Shown here one piece after another: positions 27,506 through 37,461 of a DNA stretch of 54,361 nt. Origin of the DNA: Spirochaetota bacterium (GTDB taxonomy: Bacteria; Spirochaetota; UBA4802; UBA5550); assembly GCA_050298055.1 (NCBI GenBank), contig JBNKTL010000033.1, forward strand, positions 1-54,361. Reading direction: 5' to 3'. Made by a program: the position numbers and the translations under genes. The notes below the pieces were generated by a model that was given only the letters and a program-made list of their open reading frames with translations, was not told where the DNA came from and searched no databases. How positions within the stretch are numbered: position 1 is the stretch's first letter; each line of letters opens with the position of its first letter.

Positions 27506-28576
27506 GTGAAGGGAAAAGTCCATACCGCCGGAGTGGTCTTTCGTGAAAGAGCCTTTCTCTTCATCACGGTCATTCGGACCATCCCGTTCCTTTTTGCTGC
27601 CGGTTTTTTCCTGATACTCAAAATCAGGGGGATTTTTGATTTTGAGACATCGGAAGAATCACTCTCTCTCCTTCATGACATGGGTACAGAATACTTTCCC
27701 GAATTTATTCTGCCAGTTATTGTTATTTACACTGTCATTTTTTATTTCAACCATAAAAAGATCAGGCAAAAAGCAAATCCTGTAAGGCATTTAAACAAAA
27801 ACCGTGATCCCGCGAAAGCCGGGAAGATGGAAAAGGCACGCATGAACAGGGCGAAGCAGCTTCTTTTTTTTGAATTGAAAAAGACCGTCATTAATACACT
27901 GGTACTCCTGGTCAGCGCTGCCGTTATTACCTTCTTTATTATAAGTTTGGTCGATAAAAACAGGTATGAAGCCACTCCTTTGAAAAATATTTCCTGGTCA
28001 CTCTTCGCACTTTTCGGTATAGGTTTCTGGACATTCAGCAGGTTGAGGAATATTTTAGAAAACAGCGACCTCTGGAACATCATGTATGAATCATTCCCGG
28101 AAAAGCTTTCGGGGCCGGATCTCATAAACCACGGGTTCTTTCGGGGAAATGAAGCGCTGATCAGGTGGCTCGATTCTTTCTGGGCGGAACCGTTAAAGAT
28201 CAATTACGCGCAAAAGGGGAGCGGGTTTGCCCTTGAAAAGGAAGGGATACAGATATATCTCTTTTGGGATTGCGCTTCATCTTCAATCCTCTATCTTTTC
28301 ATAGCTGCCATGCTTCCGGAGGGAAGCCGTGACGCCAACGGCAAATTAAAAGAATTTACAGATTACATTGAAGACCGGGACTTTGATCTTTCTCTTTTCC
28401 CGGAAGGCATTTATATGAAAGGGAGAGAAGACAGGATCTATTCTCTGCTGAAAGAATACAGGGAATATGGCGGCGAAGCGACAATGCTTACTGATATTCT
28501 GAAAAGGATACTGCAGTCAATAAAAAAACTGGGGGGACAACCCGGGCCTTATTATCCATCTTTTATTAATGAGTAA
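27506..28576 (+). CDS. Hypothetical membrane protein
   Basis: 356-aa ORF; four hydrophobic segments followed by a soluble domain. Confidence 0.6.
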   Translation: MKGKVHTAGVVFRERAFLFITVIRTIPFLFAAGFFLILKIRGIFDFETSEESLSLLHDMGTEYFPEFILPVIVIYTVIFYFNHKKIRQKANPVRHLNKNRDPAKAGKMEKARMNRAKQLLFFELKKTVINTLVLLVSAAVITFFIISLVDKNRYEATPLKNISWSLFALFGIGFWTFSRLRNILENSDLWNIMYESFPEKLSGPDLINHGFFRGNEALIRWLDSFWAEPLKINYAQKGSGFALEKEGIQIYLFWDCASSSILYLFIAAMLPEGSRDANGKLKEFTDYIEDRDFDLSLFPEGIYMKGREDRIYSLLKEYREYGGEATMLTDILKRILQSIKKLGGQPGPYYPSFINE

Positions 28577-28610
28577 TTTACTTATTAGTATTCATTAAAA
28601 AAAAGAACTG

Positions 28611-28645
28611 ATATGTCCCCGCCGCCTTCGGCGGCGGGGACATAT
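28611..28645. repeat. Perfect 16-bp-arm palindrome ATATGTCCCCGCCGCC-ttc-GGCGGCGGGGACATAT
   Basis: Exact inverted repeat; same family as 14963. Confidence 0.85.
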
Positions 28646-28888
28646 TGTTGATATTTTACTCAACAGGTTGATTATGTCAATAGGGATGTAATATTAATAT
28701 TATTTCATGTTTACCAAAAAACAACTGTTTGCGTTACATGCTTTCGGCAGTGCGAAGTTGGTTTTTTTATTATTCTTATATTGAGCCTGAACAGGTGCGT
28801 TTTTTAATTTTTCCTGATTTCCAATAATTTTCTTTGACAGGGGAGATAAATAATTTATAGTATTCATAAAGTGATTGTGTGGTGCATC

Positions 28889-30196
28889 ATGAAAAACTTT
28901 CTTTTCCTGTTCATAATCGTGCTGATGGTCCCCCTGAGGCTGAATTCCGAGATCGTCTACATGAAAGACGGCCAGATATTAAAGGGATCGATTATCAGAG
29001 AGGACAGGAGCACTCTTATCGTAAAAACCAGGTTCCAGACAAGAAAAATATACCGGGACCATGTAAAGAGGATACTCTATGGTGACCGTGAAATGGAGAG
29101 TATTAATATACTCCTCAAAAGCGGAGAGATCTTAAAGGGCTACCTTGTTGACCAGGACGCGAAGCAGGTGATCTTCAGGGAAAAGAAGGACGCTACCTGG
29201 AATGAAGTAAAGAGTGAAACTGTCATCCACGACGGGGGAACAGGGGCGGTTTCATCCACGCTCCTTTCCAACGGTTATTTTTTAATTTCATACAGAGACT
29301 ATGATGATACCTATAAAGGTAAGTATGTTATTTTGGACACGGATAGCTGGAAAATTGCAAAGACAGAGTCTATTTTCCACGATGCTCAGACACTTTATAT
29401 TTCACCAATGGCCATGTCCGATGGAAATATACTTTTCGCCTATGGCGATCAGGACGATTCTGTCTATGGAAAATATGTTGTTATTGATAAAGCATTAAGC
29501 CATATTAAGGTATCAAGTGACGCGATAATCAACGGCATCACCCTCACATCCCGTGACAGTTACTGGCTCAATAACCTGGTATCCGTGAACAACTCCAAAC
29601 TCACCCTCAAATGGTGCGACATCTGCAGCAACAACTCATCAACCTCCAACCAGACCGCGGAAGCGGTTCACACAAACGGTGAACTGGTGGTCCAAAACTG
29701 CAGGTTTTACGGAAACGACGGGGGGATCTTTGCCGGATCGGGAAAAGTCCGTATCATCGACTCCCAGTTCTATAACAACGGGAAGGGCTATGCCCTTCAC
29801 ATGGACGGCCCCGCCGTTTCATACGGTGATGTTCTCATCAACCATGCGGACTTCTTCAACAACTACGGGGGCATTAGGCTGGAGAACAACAACGGAGCCA
29901 ATGAAATAATTAAGAACTCAGTTTTTCATATGAACAGAAACGGAGGTATCACAGCGGACAGCAGGGTAACGCTGAACAACTCGGTCTTTACGGATACGTA
30001 CACGGGGATGGCCCCGGGTACTGACGTTGTGGATTCGGACCCGTTGTATCTCAATGAGGGGACCCCCGATTTTGGATATATCGATCTCTTCATTCAAACG
30101 GTCCTCCTGGGGTATCCGGCTGATTCTCCCGCAAAGGGCCTGGGGGACGACCTGCGTAACGCCGGGGCGTATGATTCGGGTTATGCGGGGGAATGA
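28889..30196 (+). CDS. Exported mosaic protein: two small SH3-like repeats, two propeller-like blades, parallel beta-helix
   Basis: Signal peptide; MKDGQILKG and LKSGEILKG repeats; two ~50-aa repeats ending GKYV; FYGN/FYNN/FFNN beta-helix rungs; SPA..G..AGAY terminus; TTGACA-16-TATAGT upstream. Confidence 0.6.
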   Translation: MKNFLFLFIIVLMVPLRLNSEIVYMKDGQILKGSIIREDRSTLIVKTRFQTRKIYRDHVKRILYGDREMESINILLKSGEILKGYLVDQDAKQVIFREKKDATWNEVKSETVIHDGGTGAVSSTLLSNGYFLISYRDYDDTYKGKYVILDTDSWKIAKTESIFHDAQTLYISPMAMSDGNILFAYGDQDDSVYGKYVVIDKALSHIKVSSDAIINGITLTSRDSYWLNNLVSVNNSKLTLKWCDICSNNSSTSNQTAEAVHTNGELVVQNCRFYGNDGGIFAGSGKVRIIDSQFYNNGKGYALHMDGPAVSYGDVLINHADFFNNYGGIRLENNNGANEIIKNSVFHMNRNGGITADSRVTLNNSVFTDTYTGMAPGTDVVDSDPLYLNEGTPDFGYIDLFIQTVLLGYPADSPAKGLGDDLRNAGAYDSGYAGE

Positions 30197-30413
30197 AAAC
30201 GGTTTTTAATTGACCTCGTTCCACCGCCACCGGAGCGCCCTTTCCCTATGGAGAGGGCTCCTTAGTATAAAACTTTATCTGTTTTCATATTTGCCACCAC
30301 AGATGAGAAAGATGGATATAATATATGGAAAAATAATAAAAATATTATTGCCTAAACACTCATTGAATATAAAGTGAAAAAATATTTCTTTCAACAGGCA
30401 ATTACAGATAAAA

Positions 30414-30620
30414 ATGATGTTAAAAATATTTTTTTTCACTTTATATTTTCTTTTAATCAATAAGATGGCATTCGCGTATCTTGATCCGGGATCAGGAAGC
30501 TATTTATTTCAGCTCCTGATCGCGGCATTTATCGGCGCGATTTTCTCATTGAAATTATACTGGAAAAAATTCTCAACTTGTGTAAAAAAGCTCCTTGGCC
30601 GGAAACAAGACGCAAAATAA
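30414..30620 (+). CDS. Small membrane protein with AFA|YLDPGSGS motif
   Basis: Signal-like N-terminus, YLDPGSGS, TM helix and basic tail; TAATG overlap with the next gene. Confidence 0.8.
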   Translation: MMLKIFFFTLYFLLINKMAFAYLDPGSGSYLFQLLIAAFIGAIFSLKLYWKKFSTCVKKLLGRKQDAK

Positions 30621-32017
30621 TGGAAAAAATATATTCATCCTTCCGGGACCCCGACGGATTTGTTTTCAAACATAATAACCGGGTTTACAGGGCCGTTACA
30701 GATTCGGGGAAACAGAATTTCGAAAATCTTATTAATACGGGACTCTATAAAGAATTAACAAACAAAAGACTGCTGATAAATCATGAAGTGGTCAATGACG
30801 CCCGGCTCCGGGAAAAAACAGGGGAGAAATTTCCTTTATTAAAGGACTCCCTTTACACACTGATAAAACCCGAACCGGTCCCTTTTGTTTCCTACTCCTA
30901 CGAATGGTGCTTTTCCCAGCTGAAAAGCGCCGCTCTGGCAACACTGGAGATCCAGCGGACCGCATTGGGATACGGGATGTCACTGAAGGACGGCAGCGCA
31001 TTCAATATTCAATTTCTAAACAATGATCCGGTCCATATTGATACCTTATCATTTGAACAATATACTGAGAACGAACCCTGGGCCGCCTACGGACAGTTCT
31101 GCAGGCATTTTCTCGCGCCGCTGGCGTTAATGAAATACAGGGACTTGAATCTCAACAAACTGCTGCAGGTATACCTGGACGGGGTCCCTTTAAACGTTTC
31201 TTCCCGGATCCTCCCTCTTAAGAGCAGGTTTTCTTTCGGCATATTACTGCATATTCATTTACATTCAAAAGCGGATAAAACTTTAAAAACAAAAAGTTCA
31301 CAATCCAAAAAGATCAGCAAACATTCACTGCTGGGAATAATTGATTCACTGGAAACGGCCATTGAAAAAATTAACATTAAGCAAAGCGAATCAGAATGGA
31401 CGGGCTATTATAATAACCTGACTTATTCCAAAGAATCTTTCGCGCACAAAAAGGAGATTGTATCGGAATTACTGGATAAAATTAACGTAAAAACATTATG
31501 GGACATCGGGGCCAATACCGGGGAGTTCAGCCGGCTTGCGGCGGAGAAGGGGATTGCTACTCTCTCAATAGACGCTGACCCCCACACCGTTGAAAGGAAC
31601 TACCGGGAAAGCATGAAGCAGAACACCGGAAACATTCTTCCCCTCTGTATTGATATCTGCAATCCAAGCCCCGGTTTGGGCTGGAGCCAAAGGGAAAGAA
31701 TGCCGCTCATGGAGAGAGCTCCCGCGGACGCGGTCCTGGCACTGGGAATCATTCATCATCTTGTCACGGGCAATAATCTTTCCTTTGAAATGATCGCCGG
31801 GTTCTTCGGCAGGATCTGCAAAAATCTTATAATCGAATTTGTTCCCAAAGACGATCCCGGGGCAAAGCAGCTGCTGAGATTCAGGAAGGATATTTTCACA
31901 GATTATTCTCAAAAGGTTTTTGAATCTGCTTTTTCAGATTTGTTTTCCATTAAATCACAAACACCTGTTAAAGGAACCGGCAGAATTATCTATTTAATGC
32001 AAAGGAAGGGCCTTTGA
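30620..32017 (+). CDS. Kinase-like domain fused to a class I SAM methyltransferase
   Basis: SFRDPDG, LKDGSAFN (DxxxxN), IDTLS; then WDIGANTG, SIDAD, ALGIIHHL; ATG 30620. Confidence 0.75.
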   Translation: MEKIYSSFRDPDGFVFKHNNRVYRAVTDSGKQNFENLINTGLYKELTNKRLLINHEVVNDARLREKTGEKFPLLKDSLYTLIKPEPVPFVSYSYEWCFSQLKSAALATLEIQRTALGYGMSLKDGSAFNIQFLNNDPVHIDTLSFEQYTENEPWAAYGQFCRHFLAPLALMKYRDLNLNKLLQVYLDGVPLNVSSRILPLKSRFSFGILLHIHLHSKADKTLKTKSSQSKKISKHSLLGIIDSLETAIEKINIKQSESEWTGYYNNLTYSKESFAHKKEIVSELLDKINVKTLWDIGANTGEFSRLAAEKGIATLSIDADPHTVERNYRESMKQNTGNILPLCIDICNPSPGLGWSQRERMPLMERAPADAVLALGIIHHLVTGNNLSFEMIAGFFGRICKNLIIEFVPKDDPGAKQLLRFRKDIFTDYSQKVFESAFSDLFSIKSQTPVKGTGRIIYLMQRKGL

Positions 32018-33522
32018 AAAAGATTTATCATAAACTCTCTTTTGCGGTCCATCCCGTTCTCTTGTCCGTGTATCCCGTTTTGTTCCTTTACGGCCATAAC
32101 ATTGAACAGACCGCGTGTAAAGAAATAATTCTTCCCATAACCTTAAGCACGGGGAGTACAGTCATTCTCCTGGGTCTTCTGGCCCTTGTTTCCCGAAACA
32201 GGTTTAAATCATCACTCTTTACCTCCCTGTTTCTTTTTCTCTTCTTCAGTTACGGGCACGTGAGTGAAATTTTACATAAGGGGGCAGTGTTAAAAAAACC
32301 GGAATATATTTTACCGGCACTCTATTTATTCATTCTCATTATTTTCACCGTCCTGACGATAAAATCAAAGAGCAAACTTCATAATATAACAAATATACTA
32401 AATATTATATCCCTCTCTCTTATCCTTATTTCATGTTTCAGCATCATTAAATTTTCAGTTGAAACCTCCGGTGATGTAGTCCCTGAGGATGATCTTGGAA
32501 AGAGAATCACTTCCCGTGATCTCAACACAGAAGACCTTCCGGATATCTATTACATAATTCTGGACGGGTACGCGGGAGAGGAGACCTTAAAGAATGTCTA
32601 TAATTTTGATAACAGTGAGTTTCTTGATTTTCTCAGGAGCAAGGGGTTTTTTGTTGCTTCGAAGAGTTATAGTAATTATCCGCATACTTTTTTATCATTT
32701 GCATCGACTTTAAATATGGAGTATCTTAAAAATAATAATCTCAATAAAAAAGATATTGGTCAATATTTCAAGATGGTAAAAAAAAATAAGGTAATGCCGC
32801 TATTAAAATCAAAAGGTTATACAATCATAAATTTTATATCCGGTTCTACAGTTACAAATAATATTAATAATGTTGATTTAAATATTGATTGTGGTTTATT
32901 AAATGAATTTAAAATTATACTGGCAAATTCAACATTTTTATTTCTATTCCTTAAAGAAACAGGTTTTTATTCTCTTACACGAAAAAGAATATTAAATACT
33001 TTTAGAGAAATCCCAAAACCAAGAAAGACTAAAAAACCATTATTTATTTTTGCTCATATTCTTTCACCACATCCGCCATTCCTGTTTAATCAAGATGGTT
33101 CTGAAGTTTTAAAAACCGATTTAAAATTTACAGGGAATATTTGGGAAGCAAAACCAAACTATATTAACCAATTGATTTTTATTAATAAAAAAACAAAAGA
33201 ATTGATTAAGAATATTTTAATTGCAAATTCAAAAGCAGTAATAATTATCCATGCGGATCATGGGACTTCATCTATCAATGAAGATAAAAAAATAAAAGAG
33301 AACCTCTTTTTGAAAGAAAAATTTAATATTTTAAATGCACTTTTATTACCAGGTGGGAAAAATGTTCCTCCGTATCATACAATAAGTCCCGTAAATATCT
33401 TTAGACTTCTTTTTACTAAATATACTGATGAAAAATATAACTTACTTCATGACAATTGCTTTTTTAATTATGAAAAACAATCAATTATTTTTACAGATGT
33501 AACTGAAAAAGTAAAAAAATAA
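32014..33522 (+). CDS. Membrane-anchored sulfatase/alkaline-phosphatase superfamily transferase (LtaS/EptA-like)
   Basis: Five TM helices, then PDIYYIILDGY, SNYPHT (Thr nucleophile position), HILSPHPPF, HADHG; TTGA overlap. Confidence 0.8.
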   Translation: MKKIYHKLSFAVHPVLLSVYPVLFLYGHNIEQTACKEIILPITLSTGSTVILLGLLALVSRNRFKSSLFTSLFLFLFFSYGHVSEILHKGAVLKKPEYILPALYLFILIIFTVLTIKSKSKLHNITNILNIISLSLILISCFSIIKFSVETSGDVVPEDDLGKRITSRDLNTEDLPDIYYIILDGYAGEETLKNVYNFDNSEFLDFLRSKGFFVASKSYSNYPHTFLSFASTLNMEYLKNNNLNKKDIGQYFKMVKKNKVMPLLKSKGYTIINFISGSTVTNNINNVDLNIDCGLLNEFKIILANSTFLFLFLKETGFYSLTRKRILNTFREIPKPRKTKKPLFIFAHILSPHPPFLFNQDGSEVLKTDLKFTGNIWEAKPNYINQLIFINKKTKELIKNILIANSKAVIIIHADHGTSSINEDKKIKENLFLKEKFNILNALLLPGGKNVPPYHTISPVNIFRLLFTKYTDEKYNLLHDNCFFNYEKQSIIFTDVTEKVKK

Positions 33523-33535
33523 ATTCATACACATT

Positions 33536-34825
33536 TTATAGAAAAAAATCAAAATAACCCGGACCATCAGCAATTATTCCGTTTTGTCCATAATTTATAC
33601 GCCCTGAGCCTGAAATATCATCCACTGATATAATTCTGTCATATGTAGAATCTTCATCCATAAAAATTATAGCAGAACCCAAATGATTTAAGAATTTACG
33701 TGGTCCGTAAAAATCAACGATAGCTACTGATGGCAATCTGGTTTCTTCATTAAAAGTTTTTAATGTTGAATTAAATGTAAGTTGAACAATGTAATCATTA
33801 TTACTAGTATAGTTATCATTAACAGTCAGATAAATATATGAAGACTTGACACTGACATCCCAGGCTTCTTCATAACCAGTGCCAGTGTAAGAAGCAGCAT
33901 CCAATATTGTTTCCGCACCTGGATTATAAGCAGAAATGGTGTTACTATGTGCAATATATACTATTCCATTATTATCAATAGCTAATCCCCTGATATTTGA
34001 AATACCACCCATAGCAAAATCACTTTTTAAATTGTTTCCATCAAGTTCGCAACGATGAAGTTGAGAAAATGTTGAAAAATAAACTAAATTATTAATTCTA
34101 TCAACTGCTATTGCGGTAGATTCATATGAACTAATAGATGTAATCTTAACAATGGTTGTGGAATTAATGCTGTCAATTCTGAATATATCAACATCATCAT
34201 AGGCATAATTTGCGATATAAATTCTACCTGATGAATCGAAGTCCACATCATATGGATTAATTGTTGTTCCTCCTCCATCATCCATATAACCAAGATCTGG
34301 TCCTGTTTTTGAAATCCAGCTTGTGCTTGAAAAATCATTATCAATCTGTACCAGGCGGTTATTCTGATAATCCGGTATCACGATCTTCGTCTCATAAAGC
34401 CCCATATCAATGGGAATATCAACAACAGCACCGGGATCCAGGTCTCTTGTTACGGCACCCCTGAGGGTGGCGCTGGGAGTGTATGCAAGGACCTCGAACA
34501 ACCTGCCGCCTCCGGCAGGAACGGAAAGGGTTATTTCCGAAGGAAATGTTTCCACATATTCCTGCGTTATCGTATCCATACCCGATCCGGTCACATTGAG
34601 CACAAGGGAGGTAAGGTTCGTGGGTGCTGTCTGGGCAAAAGCCTTTGATTCAAATATATTCAGAATTTTATCTATAACAGACTTCTCATAAGACACGGAC
34701 TTTTCTTTTTGAAGTCCCAGGTTAATTTTAATGGTAACGGAAGACGTTTCATGTGAAGAACAGTTGAGAAATATACCCAAGGCAAAGATAATGAGATAAT
34801 ACAAAGCTGTATTTTTGTTTTTCAT
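33536..34825 (-). CDS. Lipoprotein with Ig-like N-domain and NHL-like beta-propeller
   Basis: Lipobox FLN-C from ATG 34825; PYDVDFDSSGRIYIAN and IRGLAIDNNGIVYIA blades. Confidence 0.72.
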   Translation of the reverse strand: MKNKNTALYYLIIFALGIFLNCSSHETSSVTIKINLGLQKEKSVSYEKSVIDKILNIFESKAFAQTAPTNLTSLVLNVTGSGMDTITQEYVETFPSEITLSVPAGGGRLFEVLAYTPSATLRGAVTRDLDPGAVVDIPIDMGLYETKIVIPDYQNNRLVQIDNDFSSTSWISKTGPDLGYMDDGGGTTINPYDVDFDSSGRIYIANYAYDDVDIFRIDSINSTTIVKITSISSYESTAIAVDRINNLVYFSTFSQLHRCELDGNNLKSDFAMGGISNIRGLAIDNNGIVYIAHSNTISAYNPGAETILDAASYTGTGYEEAWDVSVKSSYIYLTVNDNYTSNNDYIVQLTFNSTLKTFNEETRLPSVAIVDFYGPRKFLNHLGSAIIFMDEDSTYDRIISVDDISGSGRINYGQNGIIADGPGYFDFFL

Positions 34826-35085
34826 GATAAACCCTCTTATTTCATCAAAAAAATAGAAAAAAACAAAATGCGCGATTTTGTATAATATAATAAAACTGGC
34901 CGTAAAAATCAATACAAGTTTATTTTTTTTCTCTTTTAGTAAAACTTTTCACCGGTATTTCGGGAGTATTACCGGCACAGCCGGCCGTTAAAACTATCAT
35001 TTCATCCCGGACGCGAATAATACGGTTCCGGTTTATTCCGTTATTTTAATAGACAACGGTGAGATCATTAATATTCTGCCGGAAT

Positions 35086-36234
35086 ATGGAAAAAATAGAG
35101 ATCGTTAAAGCTGCCTACGGCGGATACGGGCTGGGATTTATCCAGGGAAAGGCAATATTTGTTCCCCAGGCCTTCCCCGGCGACAGGCTTAATGTCAGGA
35201 TTACCCGTGACCATCCCGGGCACTCTTTCGCGGAAATTGAATCATTTATTGCGCCTTCTTCCCTCCGCCGTGAAGCCCGGTGCCCTTTATCCGGAGAATG
35301 CGGCGGATGCGGTTATCTTTCCATTGATTATAAGGATGAACTGAATATAAAGAAAGAGATCCTTGTGGAATCACTGAATCGGATAGGCAAGCTGGCCCAC
35401 GGCTCATTTCCCTCACCGGAAATGATTGCCGGCCCCCGGTACGGATACCGCAGCCATGCCACGGTAAAACATGAAACCGGCACGGGCAACGGATTTTTCC
35501 GGAAGAGATCCAACACCCTTGTCCCCTTTCCCGATCAGGGCTGCCTTCTCCTGGACCATCGGCTTGCCGCCGCCCTGAAGGATCACAACCCCGGGGAATA
35601 CCCTGAATTTCGGGCCGCACTTGCACATGACGGCGCCTGCCGTATATCAACCGGCAGTAAAGAGCGGCTTATTGAGAAAGAAGGGGACTTTACATTTACA
35701 CGGGACATATGGAACTTCTACCAGGGGAACAGGTACATCCGCGGGTCCATGCTCGCCCTTGCCTCCCGCTGGGCTGAAGTTTACGGCACCGGAGACCTCC
35801 TTGATATCGGGTGCGGTGTGGGATTTTTTACAATTCCCTGCGGGAGGTACTTTCGGGAATGCACCGGTATGGATATCGACGGTTCATCGGTTTCCCATGC
35901 GGTGGAAAACGCGAAGCTGAACGGAATCACTAACTGCAGGTTTATTGAAGGGAACATTGATACTATCAAACCCGGACGTTACGCGGGGGGGACCGTTATT
36001 ATCGACCCTCCCCGGACAGGGCTCTCAAAAAGGGGCCTGAAAAATATAATTGCCATGGCGCCGAAAACCATCATTGCCTTCTCCTGCGATCCGGCAAGTT
36101 TTGCCCGTGACTGTTCGCGATTCATAAAGGAAGGATATGTTATGAAAGAACTGGTCTTCATTGATATGTTTCCCGGAACACATCATATTGAATCAGCCGC
36201 GCTTTTAACCGGGGGAGGAGCTGAAGTCTCATAA
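35086..36234 (+). CDS. rlmD: 23S rRNA (uracil-C5)-methyltransferase RlmD/TrmA family
   Basis: TRAM domain, CPLSGECGGC, LDIGCGVG, DPPRTG, SCDP, DMFPGTHHIE. Confidence 0.85.
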   Translation: MEKIEIVKAAYGGYGLGFIQGKAIFVPQAFPGDRLNVRITRDHPGHSFAEIESFIAPSSLRREARCPLSGECGGCGYLSIDYKDELNIKKEILVESLNRIGKLAHGSFPSPEMIAGPRYGYRSHATVKHETGTGNGFFRKRSNTLVPFPDQGCLLLDHRLAAALKDHNPGEYPEFRAALAHDGACRISTGSKERLIEKEGDFTFTRDIWNFYQGNRYIRGSMLALASRWAEVYGTGDLLDIGCGVGFFTIPCGRYFRECTGMDIDGSSVSHAVENAKLNGITNCRFIEGNIDTIKPGRYAGGTVIIDPPRTGLSKRGLKNIIAMAPKTIIAFSCDPASFARDCSRFIKEGYVMKELVFIDMFPGTHHIESAALLTGGGAEVS

Positions 36235-36412
36235 AAGAATTCTGCCGTACACTGAGAACAGCGATTAACCCGCGTCAGTGAAATTATTGGGATTCCTTTT
36301 TCCCATAAATGAATAAACGGATTTATTTCCCTTGCAATTGAGATTGTTTTATCATAAGGTGCAGAATGTTTTTTACAATGGCGGTATGCCGTAAATAACC
36401 GGAGATTGAAAA

Positions 36413-36646
36413 ATGAGTATAATGATAAATAATGAAGACGAATTTAATTCCGCAATAAAACGTATCTTTGAAATCATTGTTTCATGCCAGGGGAACCTGC
36501 CGGAGCTGGGCACGCCCCAGGGGAAGGAACTGGAAATGCTCACAAGCATGGCCTTTGTCTATGTACAGAGAACAAATCCTTCAAATCCTGATCCCATGGA
36601 AACAATTACACGGCGGATAACAGAGCTGGGAGTTACCGGCTTATAA
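36413..36646 (+). pseudogene. HigA-like antitoxin N-terminal half lacking the HTH
   Basis: INNEDEFNSAIKRI..GTPQGKELEML..PDPMETI..ELG matches the HigA N-terminus; stop codon where the HTH should begin; no adjacent toxin. Confidence 0.55.
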
Positions 36647-36870
36647 CTTCAGGGAAGGCCGAAGTCAACCCGGAACTATACCTATTCCCCCCTCTTAAAA
36701 TAATAGACCCCCCGGTGGTCCAGAAACTCTCCCTCCCCCGACCCTGAGGGAAGCGAGGCCGTAATATCCCAGGGTGTAGCTTCCCCTGAATTTAGGGAGA
36801 AGGGTCACCTTTTCACTCCTCCCGGCGCATCTAAACCAGCTATTGTTTTTCCAAAAAAACACTGTGTTTA

Positions 36871-37461
36871 TTAAAGCTGTGATAATATTTTTAAATGAGG
36901 TATGACTTTCTGAGGCTCCATATTCTCAAGACTTTCGTCACCACCTAAAGCCAAGGCAGGAACATAAACAATTGCTTCATCACTTTGTATTGGACCAAAT
37001 TTTTCGACTACAGGAATTTCAATTTCCCCATAAAAATCATCATACCAACTATCTTCTAACCCAATATCAAAATTAAAAAAGAAAGTTATGCTATTGCTCA
37101 TGTATGATAGTGTTCTCGTGTGAACATTATAGAACACAATGTTCGGACGGTTTAAAACTTCAACCCATTCCCACAGAAAGAGGTTTCCTGTTGCACTTCT
37201 GGCAAATACAATTGCCTTATCACTAATTTCTTCAAAGCTCCATGCCAGTGGATTAAATTCATCAGGATTTACAAGCCAGAATAATCCATCTTTATAGCCA
37301 GAGAATCCATGTTTTTCCCACAATTCTATGATAAAATCATCCTGGTCGTCGGGTCCCATTATTAACCCCCGATACTTCTCAATTATATTTTCAGGTACAG
37401 GTTCTGAATATATTGGAGAACCTACGATACTGATAAAGTCATCTAATATTTTTTCCATCAT
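36871..37461 (-). CDS. GAD-like / Tdi1 (DUF1851)-type polymorphic-toxin immunity protein
   Basis: IEKYRG, LWEKHGFSGYKDGLFWLVNPDEF, FARSATGNLFLW, YVPALALGG; acidic; low GC. Confidence 0.8.
   Translation of the reverse strand: MMEKILDDFISIVGSPIYSEPVPENIIEKYRGLIMGPDDQDDFIIELWEKHGFSGYKDGLFWLVNPDEFNPLAWSFEEISDKAIVFARSATGNLFLWEWVEVLNRPNIVFYNVHTRTLSYMSNSITFFFNFDIGLEDSWYDDFYGEIEIPVVEKFGPIQSDEAIVYVPALALGGDESLENMEPQKVIPHLKILSQL

Noticed and set aside
30211..30262. tRNA 3' end or att site after the chimeric gene
   Set aside because: No cloverleaf, no second copy and no integrase; only a short hairpin (ggagcgccctttcc..ggagagggctcc)
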